Below are positions 1 to 24,800 of a stretch of DNA of 47,268 bases, one piece after another; the stretch's first letter is position 1, and each line of letters opens with the position of its first letter. The notes below the pieces were generated by a model that worked only from the letters and a program-made list of their open reading frames with translations, ran no database searches and was not told where the DNA came from. The translations under genes and the position numbers were made by a program. The stretch covers positions 1 through 47,268 of the forward strand of contig JAQGDQ010001323.1 of the NCBI GenBank assembly GCA_030141605.1, read 5' to 3'. This stretch comes from Tubiluchus corallicola (taxonomy: Eukaryota > Animalia > Priapulida).

Positions 1-317
1 AAACACGTGTTATATCGATGTAAAATAATTACGTAGTTTTTGTGGGTAAATAATGGTGATGATTTCACTCATGACTTGACATTGCTTCATTTTTTTTGCT
101 TCTTATGTTGGTTTGAGTTCTTGATTTATATGTAATTATTAGTTTTGTTTTTGATGCATTTGTAATGTGCAGAATTGATTTAAAAAAATGTGATGTAGTT
201 TTTTCTTTTTAAATTTGACATTTGTTCGGTGCAAAAGAGGATGTCTGTATACCTGCTAGTGCTGTTCTTGGCTGCATGTGGCGTTTGTACTTCACATATG
301 GGGTTTTCTTGTTACAG

Positions 318-13060
<12,743 letters not shown>

Positions 13061-13263
13061 TATACGTGGACCAATTAGACCATTGTATAATTAAACTTTA
13101 GTTATACTGATTTGTTATATTACTGTGATACTTGCCTCATGTATATTATGTAAGTTATTAGCTATCAGAGTTATTACTAGAAGGTAATAGGTTGTTAATT
13201 AAGAAGGTAATAGTTCGTTAATTAAGAAGGTAATAGTTCGTTAATTAATGTGTGAGCGGAATA

Positions 13264-14296
13264 CAGTCAAGCCTCTTTGTAGCACCTACTTTGGGAGTGT
13301 TAGCATTATAGCAAGTTTGGCATCATAACCAGGTGCATTAATACATACAGTGAATTGCATGTAACTCGAATTCTTGCTTTATCTCAAACAGATCTCGTGG
13401 AACGGATTTTCCTTTTGTTTTTCCATTTAGCAAACATCGCGTAAGTGGAACTGAATTCGCAGTACAGTTCTTAAAGGACAAGAAAAGGGGCACCAGAAGT
13501 AGGTTTCAGAAAAATTGCTTTAAAAAATTATACTACTTTACAGCAATTTTATGCGTATATTTACTTAATCTTATCAAAACTTGTTTCAAACGACCTACCA
13601 TTATAATGGCTGCGCCTAACTGTCATCGCGGGAGTTTAAATTTACTCGTTTTATACAGCGCTACGGCCGATGCACGCCACGCATACGAAAAGGTAGTATG
13701 TAAGTGGTATAAAATTTCAAGATGAATTTTTTAAGCTTTATTTGCTGAACGGTTTTCTTGTGCTTTAAGTATCTACTTGAAATTACCCCGCCGATCTCGA
13801 ACAACCGCACGAGAAATCCTACGCGAAAATATGCTCCACATTACAATTATAACTGCTAGTTTCAGCAAAAACACCAAGAAATTTTGTATAACCTTAGCAG
13901 AACGTTAGACACAGCATGCCTCAATGAACGTGGTTTAATGTAGATCACTATATGATTATTGCTAAATTCTATTAATCATGCTACTCAGACTAAAATAAAG
14001 ATGGACCAGTCATATCATAAAAATGTCGATTGATATTTGGTTAAAGGCTCAATTTGTCATTTTCACAGGCTGTAGTATTACTAGTGTTTTCTCCGACATT
14101 GAGGAGCGACTCAATCTTGTTTTCTTACAAACATTGTCTACTCTTACTTTCGCGGAACTCGAGCAAATTTTCCGATCCCGAGGAGTTCGAGTTATACATA
14201 GTTTACCGTACATGTCTATGCAAATATAGACATTTGTTTTGCTAAGAATGTAGGCGTAAAGGGAGGTGTGGGGGGTTCTATAGTGAGGCTTGACTG
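13264..14296. mobile_element. Tc1/mariner-like MITE with TA TSD (outer element of a nested set)
   Basis: TA|cagtcaagcctc...gaggcttgactg|TA. Confidence 0.75.
13348..14208. mobile_element. Tc1/mariner-like MITE with TA TSD, nested inside the previous element
   Basis: TA|cagtgaattgcatgtaactcgaa...ttcgagttatacatagtttaccg|TA (imperfect TIRs). Confidence 0.65.
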
Positions 14297-14564
14297 TAAT
14301 CTAGATCAATTATGATCCAATGATCATGGGTAACATTTTCAAACTGTGATTGAGTCTTGTTATAGCTCAGCTGATGTGTTTTCCGCTTTTGTGAAAATTT
14401 CTAAAGGCAGGTTTCCTTCTACCAAGTGCAAACTTTGCATAAAATGACATGTTAAAGGTACACTTGCTTCTGTTAGTCCAGTTATAATTTTAGTAGATGG
14501 CGACACCTGTGCTGTAGGCAGTGTTTGTAGTAGTATGTTAGGTATGCGTGGCATCATCTATTAA

Positions 14565-15024
14565 CCCTTTCAGTCCCAAATTATTTTTTTATTAAGAAAA
14601 AATTTTTTGGCTTGGTACTTTTGTGCAGTATGTCCATCTTGTATACACATAATAATTATTTTTTCTACCTGTGCTCGCGTGCTAAATATAGCCTGTATCC
14701 CACGGGATACATTGGGATTCAATGGAAGCATAAAATGTGCTTCATTTTGCAACTGCTGATAATTTTTTAAAGTATGTAAGACATTTAGTATGCATCCTAT
14801 GCTGATCTGTACAAAGTCGTCTCTAAAGTACTGTACCTTGCGCAGTTTTTTATGCTAAGTAGATTTTCTAGTTTGCCATTTTATCACCATTTTTAGTCTT
14901 TTGTTATTGGCTTAAAATCAAAATAACTATTAACAGATCAAATAACTGTCAGTTTCAAAATTTTATTATTTTTAAAGGCTGAAAATATTCTCGTATCCGA
15001 CGGGATACAACGGGTATGAAAGGG
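14565..15024. mobile_element. piggyBac-like MITE
   Basis: TTAA|ccctttcagtccc...gggtatgaaaggg|TTAA; internal gtatcc...gggatac palindromes. Confidence 0.78.
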
Positions 15025-15826
15025 TTAATGAGAGAGGAACCAATACAGCTTAATAGGCCTGGTGCATCTGTAAGAATGTGATTGATTTACATAGAACAGT
15101 ATGTATGTGAAGATATGTGTGTTACATTTATGTTATAGATATTACTGCATACATCTTGTTTATCTGCATACAGATAGTTGGCTGATGTTTTGACGTCTTT
15201 GAACGAATTTTTCTAAACAACCAATTTTTAATTTTCATTTTTTCCATAGACACTTTTACTTTTATAACTTCTCTGTGTAAAAATTGATTAAAACATTTAA
15301 TTTATATTGTTAAAAATTACTCTCTGATTTTTAACTATGTAAATTAGAAGTTTTATAAAGCTGTGGTGGTTTAACTATAATTGCACAAATTTTATGCTAG
15401 TGAAAGTCTGTATGGAAATCAATGCTCTATGTAGACCAGACTATCTTTTTCAAGTATTTTCATGTGTGGGAAGTTTGCTTTTTATTTGAAGTCTTCAAGG
15501 TTCGACCATATTCATTACAATTTCAGCCACATTTGCACTTGAAGACATTTTTGTATTTTGAATAAGAAGATTCGAGTAAATTTGATTTCATTTTATAACA
15601 GTTTAAAACGATAAATTGTCATTCGCTGATGCAATACGGGATGTACTTTCACGTTGTGATTGTAGACACATGGTTGTTACAATTATGAACTTTTTGTATA
15701 GTTTTTTAATTAGTAATAAGTAATTTAGTTACTAAATAATTTAGTAATAATAATTTAGTTACTAAAAACACTAATGAGTATTATTCAGTAATCTCAAATG
15801 ATAAGCTACGTGATTTATGTTTGCAA

Positions 15827-15832
15827 AATAAA
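15827..15832 (+). terminator. Candidate poly(A) signal of GK
   Basis: AATAAA downstream of the GK stop; other candidates exist. Confidence 0.3.
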
Positions 15833-16161
15833 GTGAATGCTCTATTACAATAACGTTTGTGCAGAATTTCATTTATGCGTCAGTGTAACCAGGTGAAGAC
15901 CGTAGGCTAGGCAAACGGCATTGGAAAACTCCCCCCCCCCTTTGCAATGCTCTCTCCGTTTGTGGTGGTTTTCGGTTTGAAAAATACCTAGTATATTAAC
16001 TAAAGATATTTGTGTAATCAGCCTGTCACAGTTAGTCAAAAAGAAACAAATTATGAACAACGAAGATCAATTATATCAGAAATCAGATTCTCAGTATGAT
16101 TGCATTTACCTCTGCAGATAATTGCACTGATTATTTAATTAATTATAAATCGTGTGCTAAT

Positions 16162-16518
16162 CAGTGGTGAGCATCAAACGTTCAAATTCGATTCAAACTA
16201 TTTTTGTAGTTAGAACCTAAAATTATGTATTTGACTAATTCGGCATTTTGACTACACACAGTCTTAAAACATTTGAAAAATCATGCAGCCGGCACAATTT
16301 AGCTGTGATTTCTGTGCACAATTTTTAAATATATTATTAATGCTCTTACTGCAGAACAACATCAAGTAACGGTGCATGATCTGAGTGATACTTCTTTTTA
16401 TTAAAGATTCAAAAATAAAAGTGAATTGGATTTGAAATCTCGAAATTCGATTCGATTCAAGTTCGAAAGTCACAAATTCGATTCCAGCTCGTTTTCTGCT
16501 TGGGAATCCTCACCCCTT
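16162..16518 (-). mobile_element. hAT-like MITE family E (TTCGAA-rich subterminal repeats)
   Basis: Reverse-complement homolog of 36663-37046. Confidence 0.72.
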
Positions 16519-16696
16519 AATGGTATGTTTATTTCATGTAGTTGACAAGCCTACTATTTGTTTCGTACAGCATACATAAATTTTTGTACCTTTTTGAACT
16601 AACAAACTACATTCACATTCATCTTACGTGGTTACCAGTTTGCCAACTAAGAAAGAAACCGTATTTAAAACAGAATGCAAAAATAATAATGCCATC

Positions 16697-16702
16697 TTTA
16701 TT
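16697..16702 (-). terminator. Candidate poly(A) signal of BAZ1A
   Basis: AATAAA on the minus strand ~1.3 kb after the stop, followed by T-rich sequence. Confidence 0.45.
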
Positions 16703-16860
16703 CATAATTGCCTAAAAATGTACAAGTCGTAACTAGAAATTGTGGTACAGCATTAAATAGACTTTCATTAAAAATTGACTAAACGTATATCAATGCATTT
16801 GCTACGTGGTTAAAGGTGTGCGCAGTTATTATTAAACAATTTAGCCCATTTTGCCAACCA

Positions 16861-17378
16861 TTAAAGGAAAACCGGACGATTGTGTAAACACGAGTTCATA
16901 GTAAAGAATGCTCTAAAATATTGAAAACAACGAAAGCTTTTTTACAACAAAGCTTAGATTAAATAATAATTACATCGGATACTCAAATTTTGTTAAACTT
17001 TCAAAGCTACACGCGGCTCAGTGAATCTACTAAGATTGGCAATGGCGCCTTTTTGTTACCGCATGTGGCTGACATATAGAAGGTGGTACCGTGATAACCA
17101 AGTTTCTGACGTCATATGATATAGAGCCCATTTTTCGTCACATCATGCATTTAAACAGTACTGTAACACCTATGCAAGGGATGCCCACCACCATTGCACA
17201 AACTGTGGTTAGTTTCTGACATAAGCAATAGCTGTGTTCGGTTGCCGTTAATTAAGTTTCTAAGCTAATTATTGAAATATTAGAAACAATTGCTAAGTTT
17301 TATAGGCAAGAAAATGTATATTTTTGACAGTAAATTAAAACGAGATCGAGTCTAAACAATCGTCCGGTCTTCCTTTAA
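16861..17378. mobile_element. MITE family B, TTAA-flanked (Kolobok-like), in the probable BAZ1A 3' UTR
   Basis: TTAA|aggaaaaccggacgattgt...acaatcgtccggtcttcct|TTAA. Confidence 0.88.
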
Positions 17379-17983
17379 TTAAAGCCAAGAGCTCTTTGCC
17401 TCATGGGTGGGGTTTTGCTGGCAGCAGCCAACGACATTTAACAGGTGAAAATATAGAAACTTGTTAATTAATTATAATTTGTCTAACCCGTTAAACAACC
17501 AAGAAATTTTCATCATAAATGATCGGCCACCAGTTCAGCTAGAAAAAATCATCCGTTTGTTGACTAACAAAAAGAATCCATTGAAAGAAATGCATCGATG
17601 TGAATCAGTAGCCCAACAATAAATAGTTAATTCGATTGACAGAGAGTCACAATATGCAAAGTGCTAAGAGTATATTAATATAATAACACAGCTAATAAAT
17701 TAGAGTTAAATAAAACTGCATGGCGATTTGTTCACTCAAGATTCGAATAGGATGATTTGAGCCGCTGACTGCAGAAACAAACACGCCCAACAAACCTCAA
17801 GTTTTCCAAAATTACAAGAACAACATAAAACAATTGTGATGTTATTATGATTATAGACAACTACCACATAATGAACAATATCAAAGAAATGCACATAGTA
17901 TGTTCGAGATCAGTCGATTGTACCTCAAGTGAGTCTACAATTGTAAGCGTTCAAAAATTGCTTTTTTACAAAACAGATGGCGC

Positions 17984-20900
17984 TTATCTACATTTACCAC
18001 AGATCCATTTTCCTCTTGGAACTTTACTTAAAGGTGGATCACAGCAATCGAGGTGATAAGACAGCGGACACTTCTCACAGCAAATTAACATGCCACCTTT
18101 GTCACAAACTGCACATTCGTCGGTTGGCTCTGTTTGATCGGTGCTTTCGCCGGTAGCCTCGCTCTCCGATACACTGGCTTCCGATTCCTCTTTAGCACTA
18201 TCGGTGTCGAGGTTGCCGTTTTTCACGTACTTTTCCTTTCTCTCGTCGCTGCTGTCGTCTTCGAGCGAGCGTTTATTGCGCGTAACTTTGCGCTCTTTTC
18301 TCCTACAATCTGGACAGAACCACGCCTTTGTGGGTACGGACTTGAGTTTCGGTTTCAGGCAGTACATGTGGTGACCGCGGTCGCAGCGGTCGCACAGCAG
18401 CATTTTCTCCGCGTCGCCCTTTCTGCGACACAGTTGACAGCGTGCGTTCAGCAAAGACCTTGACCACATGATACTGGCATCTAAAGTAGCTAAATGCATA
18501 AACAGTTGAGGCAAGCTTGTGCTGGACTGTACCAGACTCTCCCATTTGAGAAAAACTGCAGGTGGCGCTGTCTCGTCAACCGGTTGTTGTTTCTTTTTCG
18601 AATTTTCTGCATCTTTTAAAGGCGGTTTCAAATACTTTACTTCCACTCCGCGAGCAATGTGCACCAAAGCATTTCTCAACAGTTCCACTGTTTTCATTGG
18701 ACAGACCTCATTGTTTTCGTTTTCGGTTAATGTTGATATTGCGATATCCTCGCGCCACACACTACGGTCAACATCACGGAGCCAACCCAAATTTCCCATG
18801 TAAAGCCTCTCCTCGATATCTAGAAGCATTTCGCGCAGTTGTAATTCAAAGTAGTGCGCAGCCGTATCGTACTTGAAGTTTTTCGAGGACGTTCGTTTCT
18901 CAGCTGCCTGCTCTGACACCACAGAAGAACGCAGACTGTCTTCGTCGCACCGCATCATGGTGTCTATTACTTGATTCTTTTCAAATGTCAAGCGATTTTT
19001 CAGAGCGTGCTCTCGAAATCCACGGAGATTTAAAGAATCGGTTAGATCATTATAACTATCTATGCTTGAATAAAACGACCACGGTTCAGAAGATCTGTTT
19101 TTCCCATGCACAAGACATGTGCTAATGTCAGCAGTACACGTACCAGGTTCTGGTACCACGTCTGGTTTTCGCGCGACAGGATCAATACCATTACAGGTGG
19201 CACCACTTTCACCGTTCGTTCCTCCAACCTTGTCACAGTAAGCCGCTGGACAATTTAACCGCGTAGCAGAATTTATCCCAACGTGATTTTCTAACTGCCG
19301 CCCAGTTTGTTTACTGACCGGTTTGGTAGAAACAACATTATTACAAATCAAATCATTCACTTTATTTGACCTTAAATCACAGACAACTTCTAGATCGCTA
19401 TCTTCATCGCAACTGCTGTTCATCACACCATTGCTGATAGTATTTTTTGTAGCATTTGCTGCCTTGTTCGGTAACTTGCAGTCCACTTCAATGAGACTCT
19501 GTAGACTCGATGCACTGCTAGCTCTGCTCATCACCTTTGAACTGATCTCACTGCCACTCTCCTTGTCGTTCTGGTAGCTCTTCTGCTGATCTAACACCCC
19601 CAGGAGGTGCTTGTTTAGCAAGCTGGATGGAATGTTGTTCTTCAGGAAGTTGTTATCAAATGTAGTTTTTCTTGGAGTCGGAGCTAGCAAGCATTTTCCA
19701 ATTTGCCGCTCATCGTCTTCAACAAAAAGACCTGGGACAGATGAGAAACTCCAAAACCTTCTGTATGTTCTGTCTCTGCCCAATGGAAAAATTGCCGATC
19801 CCAGATGCAATGAGTGAATTTCTTCGCTAAGAGCTTTTTTCTTTTCTTGTACGGCATTCTTCTCTCTTTCTCTGTCGTCAGCTAACCTTTGCTCATAAAC
19901 TTCTTTTAAGTGGGGTGTTAGCATTGACTCGTCAATTTCGCTAAAGTCTACTTTCTGCTTTGGATCGAGCAGTTTAGCTAAAAGCTCTTCCTCTTTTTTT
20001 AGTTGGTGGCGAGTTAAATGTCCAGAATCGTTATTCACTTCAGGAGAATCTTGAACTTTCGCTTTTAATTCTTTCAGCTTCTTGTATTTTTCAGCTTCGT
20101 CGGCTTTGCCTTTTCTCTGTTCTTCCCAACGTAAGTGTAACAGTTCTTGACGAACGGCACGCAGTTGTCTATAGTTTTCATCTATTTTTTCTCGAATGGT
20201 GGTGAACATCAAAAGTTTGTTAATCAAAACATTGAGCAATTTTAGTCTATCAGCAGGTTCCGTATCGTACACATTTCCCGAACTAAGCGCATCTAGAAGT
20301 TTTTTCTCGCTTAGTCTAAACTCCAGGCCCGGATCATCGCTCGGGCAATAACCACCTCGTTGCTGATTATGGTACTTGGTCAACGGCCAGTTCTGTCGTG
20401 CTCCAGATGAAAGCAAATGCAAACGTAAGATTTCGGTGACCGTGAACGAATTCAACGTGAGCATTTTTATAGGTACAACTTCATTGATCTTGGCGGCTGC
20501 CACGGTAGCCTCGTTTATCGCCGAGGTTCTGTTTCCGGCATCGAAGCTGTACTGGTCAATCGGCTGCAGTTTTTCGCCTCCGACATTTGCACGTTCCTCG
20601 TCCTCTTCTATGAAAACGGCGCTAAGAAGAAACTGCACGAGATCGCCGAATAAACCCTCCGGATCTCTATCTAGAAGACCTTCCTCAAGGTTACTATACC
20701 TGATACCTTGAGGAAAAACGTCTTTTATGTGGTAAATATCTCCAAAAGCCTCCAAGAACTCTAACACGGCCACAGCATCACCAAACAAATTACTCGGTAA
20801 GAGTGTTTCTAACGGAGTCGCTATGGGCAGTTCTTTCAGATCGTCGCACATAAGGTCTTCTCTTCTCCGGCCCCACTCCTTCAAGTACTTTGCTTGGACT

Positions 20901-21943
20901 CTTTGGTTCTCCCTCAAACGGTCTTTCTCGGCTTTCATTTTTTGCTTTCTTGCTTCCATTTCAAGTCTCTTTCGTTCCTTCATGGCTGCCTTCTCTTCCA
21001 ACATCTTTTGCCGTGCTCTGATCATAGCATTTATCTCCTCTTCAGCCTTTCGCCTTTCAGCCTCCAATCTTCTCATCCGTTCCACTTCGGCTCTCATTCG
21101 TTCTGCCTGCCTCTCTGCCCGTACCCGCTCCAGTTCTTTGTAGTCCTGAAATTCTTGTTGCTTTTCTGTTATCTTTTTAGGCATTGTCTTATTGCGCCGG
21201 CCTGGCGTTTTCTTGAAAACGGGCGTTGGCCCACAGAAAACATCTTCAATGGATAAGTTATCTAGTTTGAATTTCTTGACAAATTCTGGGCACACTTTCC
21301 ATACGCAGTTTTCTGGTTGGCAATGTTGCTTGAGGTACAGTTTGGTTTTATCTCTGTTAAACAGTCCCCTTCGTCTGGAAATTTCCTTGAAGTCGACTAA
21401 GAATGGTTGAGATGTGCGATCTTCTATGTCCTCTACCAAATAGGAGTACGACTCCGGACTTTTCCCGGGACAGTCTTCTTGACCGTCTAAATTCACAGAT
21501 TCAGGACTATTGCCAGACTTCATATTAGGAACAACGTTCAAGACTTTGCAGCACAACCTGTGCCCATTATACACCGCGTCAACTTTCTCACCGACAAAAT
21601 ATCTGTCTTTGGCGAACATGAACACATCATCGCACAAATCCGATAATCGTCCGCGGTGCGTTAATCTAGCGATGAGCAAAATTGGTTTCTGAAGGTAGTC
21701 CGGGAATGACGCAAGATGCCTACGGGCGATCTCTTCCGATTCGAGAGCTTCTTGGTACGTGAGATTCGTCTTACCCGTTAACGAGCACGTCCACACGAGA
21801 CTGTTGCACAAAATAGTGCGCTGGAAAAACGCCTCGTAATCTCTAAAAACCTCTTTTGTGGTTTCACAAAGAAACACTTCCTCTTCGGGGTCTAAGTGCG
21901 GTGCAGCTTGTTTTACAAATGGTTTCTTATGTAGTAACGGCAT
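17984..21943 (-). CDS. BAZ1A: BAZ1A/ACF1-like ISWI-complex subunit (WAC, DDT, WHIM/WSD regions, two PHD fingers; no bromodomain), 1319 aa, single coding exon
   Basis: Starts MPLLHKKPF. WAC-like region (VFRDYEAFFQRTILCNSLVWTCSLTGK), DDT-like region (FGDAVAVLEFLEAFG), PLGRDRTYRRFW, LNLRGFREHAL, PHD1 CQLC...LLCDRCDRGHHMYC...WFCPDC, PHD2 CAVC...CCEKCPLSYHLDC...WICGKC*. A minus-strand splice acceptor (pyrimidine tract + CAG) at 22022-22020 lies upstream of the ATG. Confidence 0.93.
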   Translation of the reverse strand: MPLLHKKPFVKQAAPHLDPEEEVFLCETTKEVFRDYEAFFQRTILCNSLVWTCSLTGKTNLTYQEALESEEIARRHLASFPDYLQKPILLIARLTHRGRLSDLCDDVFMFAKDRYFVGEKVDAVYNGHRLCCKVLNVVPNMKSGNSPESVNLDGQEDCPGKSPESYSYLVEDIEDRTSQPFLVDFKEISRRRGLFNRDKTKLYLKQHCQPENCVWKVCPEFVKKFKLDNLSIEDVFCGPTPVFKKTPGRRNKTMPKKITEKQQEFQDYKELERVRAERQAERMRAEVERMRRLEAERRKAEEEINAMIRARQKMLEEKAAMKERKRLEMEARKQKMKAEKDRLRENQRVQAKYLKEWGRRREDLMCDDLKELPIATPLETLLPSNLFGDAVAVLEFLEAFGDIYHIKDVFPQGIRYSNLEEGLLDRDPEGLFGDLVQFLLSAVFIEEDEERANVGGEKLQPIDQYSFDAGNRTSAINEATVAAAKINEVVPIKMLTLNSFTVTEILRLHLLSSGARQNWPLTKYHNQQRGGYCPSDDPGLEFRLSEKKLLDALSSGNVYDTEPADRLKLLNVLINKLLMFTTIREKIDENYRQLRAVRQELLHLRWEEQRKGKADEAEKYKKLKELKAKVQDSPEVNNDSGHLTRHQLKKEEELLAKLLDPKQKVDFSEIDESMLTPHLKEVYEQRLADDREREKNAVQEKKKALSEEIHSLHLGSAIFPLGRDRTYRRFWSFSSVPGLFVEDDERQIGKCLLAPTPRKTTFDNNFLKNNIPSSLLNKHLLGVLDQQKSYQNDKESGSEISSKVMSRASSASSLQSLIEVDCKLPNKAANATKNTISNGVMNSSCDEDSDLEVVCDLRSNKVNDLICNNVVSTKPVSKQTGRQLENHVGINSATRLNCPAAYCDKVGGTNGESGATCNGIDPVARKPDVVPEPGTCTADISTCLVHGKNRSSEPWSFYSSIDSYNDLTDSLNLRGFREHALKNRLTFEKNQVIDTMMRCDEDSLRSSVVSEQAAEKRTSSKNFKYDTAAHYFELQLREMLLDIEERLYMGNLGWLRDVDRSVWREDIAISTLTENENNEVCPMKTVELLRNALVHIARGVEVKYLKPPLKDAENSKKKQQPVDETAPPAVFLKWESLVQSSTSLPQLFMHLATLDASIMWSRSLLNARCQLCRRKGDAEKMLLCDRCDRGHHMYCLKPKLKSVPTKAWFCPDCRRKERKVTRNKRSLEDDSSDERKEKYVKNGNLDTDSAKEESEASVSESEATGESTDQTEPTDECAVCDKGGMLICCEKCPLSYHLDCCDPPLSKVPRGKWICGKCR

Positions 21944-24483
21944 CGTGAATCGGCTGGCGAGTATTTGTAGCCACTGTATAGTTTTTTCCAATATATTAAA
22001 CCTCACTTCTCCATATAACCTGAAAAAAGAAGAGAAATGCTTAAATGAAAAACCATTCAGTTTGGACAATCTGTACAATCTCATTAAACTAAATCACAGG
22101 TAAAGCTCAAACCTTATTACTCGTTTTTCAAAGCCAATTTTGGTATCCCCAATTGATGCTCATAAATACTTATGATATCAAATCTTGTCGGCCATCTTGA
22201 AAATGGCGGCCATACGGGATACTATTCCATATCCTTTATTTTTAAAGCTTATATCTATACACTAAAATCATCATCCTATCTGTTGCACAACACGCAATAT
22301 AGCTAATGTATTACACAAGCAGCAGCAGCCATCTTGAAATTCTAAACAAGATGTCATGAAGATGATGCTTTTAAGCATCAGAGGATTTTCAAGCATAGTG
22401 GCCAGTGGCTAGTGCTTACAGTTACATGTTCATATGCTGGTTTATTCATGTTAATTGAAAAAAGAAAAGTCAAGCACACAGAAATGCCTAACAATTAACT
22501 CCCAACAAGTTTCTTACGTTCGGGGCTTGATTAAATCTGACACTTACTTTAGTGTCGGGTGATTAATAGATTAGTCAAACTAATCGAGATTACAATTATG
22601 TATAAATTAAAATAATCGGTGATTGAACAGTAATTCAAAAAATCAAGGTCAATCAGAGCGAAACATGCATGTTACACATCACTAACTAAAATGCAGTATT
22701 TTAGCACAATAAACAAAATATTTGCATTTTGACTTTTTTCTCACCTTACGCAATGTGCACAATTGCAAATTACAGTGTTCCAAACCGGGGGCTTCAAATT
22801 AGTTTTCAAGTGACATGTGTAGTGAAGCAGTAATATAGTTAATGTATGCCCGTCTATCAATATAGTTTGTGAATATGAAAATGGCAGACAGAGCTGAAAG
22901 CCATGAAGGTCATAGTATATTTTAGTGCTGCAAAGTTTGAAAAATATGGTTAAAACACTAAAAAAATTGATGCAAAAGATTAACCGTGATATTGAATTAC
23001 AAGAACAGGATTACAGCCGAATTACGAAATTTCAAAATCACCCATCATTAACTCACTTTCTTCAGTTATCTGCATTGTCAACAAACAAATCATTAATAAT
23101 TTGTGAGTAGCATTATTGCATCCATTCTTTCACTCAGTTTTTCAAAAATCAACAAATCATCATCATCACCATCTTCGTCATCACCATCATCATCATCATC
23201 ATCCAATGAATCACACGTCCAGGGACATGATTCTGCTCACCTCCCTATGCCAGGACTCCCTGCTCGCCGCAATGCCCCAAGTACATTTATTTCTAAGGAT
23301 CAATGCTGAAGTGTTTAAATCTTTCTGTGGAAAATCTAAATATGTTAACATTTGTCAATAAATGTTCTACAGTGACTTCTGTGCTGTTTTCACATAATGA
23401 GCATTTGTCATCTCCTTTAAACTTATTTTGCTTTAACATTTACTTTAATTTGCTTTAATTCTCATCATATTTAATTTAAACTCTGTAACTCCGTTAAATG
23501 TTTTCTCTGCAAATTATGCAACATTGGTTTACCACACTCACAGATTGCAGCTTTGTTTTACTTCCAAGTTACTACCTGGCTTGAACCTCACTTTAGTTAT
23601 TTATTTTTCACCTGTATTATTTATTTCTCACTTTCTCGCATCATTGTCTGGGTTATATATAACTAACTGGATTTAATAATAAACTGTCATTTATTTTTGG
23701 TAATAAAATCTCGGCTTTAGTTGCTCTTTGAAGATACTACACTAACTAACGGCATTATTGGTCATACGCTTTTGGCTCACGTTGTACGAACATGAATTCC
23801 TAATGATCCACAATGTTAGTTAGTTAATTGACAATAATAAAAGTTACATTCATACCACATACGCAAATGGGTAAACTGATGTTTACACTCCATAATAAAT
23901 AATCGCATTATTACACAGCTATTAAGCACACAGAAGGTGAAGAAAATGTTAAAATTAAAAATTTTTAAATTATGTACCTGTTAAACATAAATTCATGCAT
24001 TTTATATTTCAAAACACAATTCAAAATGTATGAAATGTATATTGACATGCAAAGAATTTGTTTTTTAATGTAATATACATTAAGATATTCTCCTAGTATG
24101 TTCTGTCAAGGGACACACAGCTATCACATGATAATCTGTTGCACAACCTAGTCTCACGTTGCCATGCCACCTTCCTGTTTCCGCCTCGAGTCTAAGTGAC
24201 TGTAAATTTAAGCAGGTATAAAAGTATAAGTCATGCAATGTCGTTCAACAGCATTTACTTGTATTATAGGTGATGTTAAGGTGGAATTAGTCATTACGTA
24301 GGTGAGGCGTTTAGCTGGTTGGGGGTGCCAGAAGTTCATGGCACAGAACAAAGGGATTAAAATTCTACAAATCTCTGACCAGAGTGAAAATAACCTATTC
24401 GTATCACCAAACTCCATAAGGTAAAAACAAGCCGTAGTTGCGAACCTTAAAACTTAAAAACTCAAATTAAACTGTAGCACTAC

Positions 24484-24800
24484 CTGAACACTAATAATTA
24501 TGGCGCCATAACTGCAACCTTTGCAGTTTGAAGCAAGAACTCACTCGAAATCATATTATCACGCAATTTAATTATCACTCGTCTTCCGCTATCCATTGAA
24601 AACATTATTTTCAACATTAAATTGAAAGTATGGAGCACAAAATTTGGTTTACGTTTTCTTGAGCCAAATTACCCAAAATGGCTCTTCTTCGGAACAGGAA
24701 TCGACACAAACAAGACAACAATGCAAAAAATTGCAAAACGACAAAATTCCAAATGCAATATGGCACAACTTGTGGCTTACACGTGTGAAATTTGGCGCGG
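24484..24800 (-). promoter_or_regulatory. Candidate BAZ1A non-coding first exon and promoter
   Basis: Minus-strand donor CAG|GTAGTG at 24484/24483, ETS-like CTTCCG (~24582), E-box CACGTG (24780), E2F-like TTTGGCGC (24791). The acceptor at 22020 needs an upstream exon. Confidence 0.4.

Noticed and set aside
17991-17998. Minus-strand donor-like G|GTAAAT at the end of BAZ1A
   Set aside because: The unspliced frame completes the PHD CxxC and no downstream coding exon is visible; not fully excluded without RNA data.
21944-22084. 47-aa N-terminal extension of BAZ1A in the ORF track
   Set aside because: It crosses a polypyrimidine tract and CAG acceptor; family homology starts at MPLLHKKPF (21943).
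22120-23340. Possible decayed DNA transposon in the BAZ1A 5'-UTR intron (gccatcttgaaa motifs, (CAT)n tract)
   Set aside because: No paired TIRs, TSD or recognisable ORF could be established by eye; His-rich and Ser-rich ORFs come from the (CAT)n repeat.
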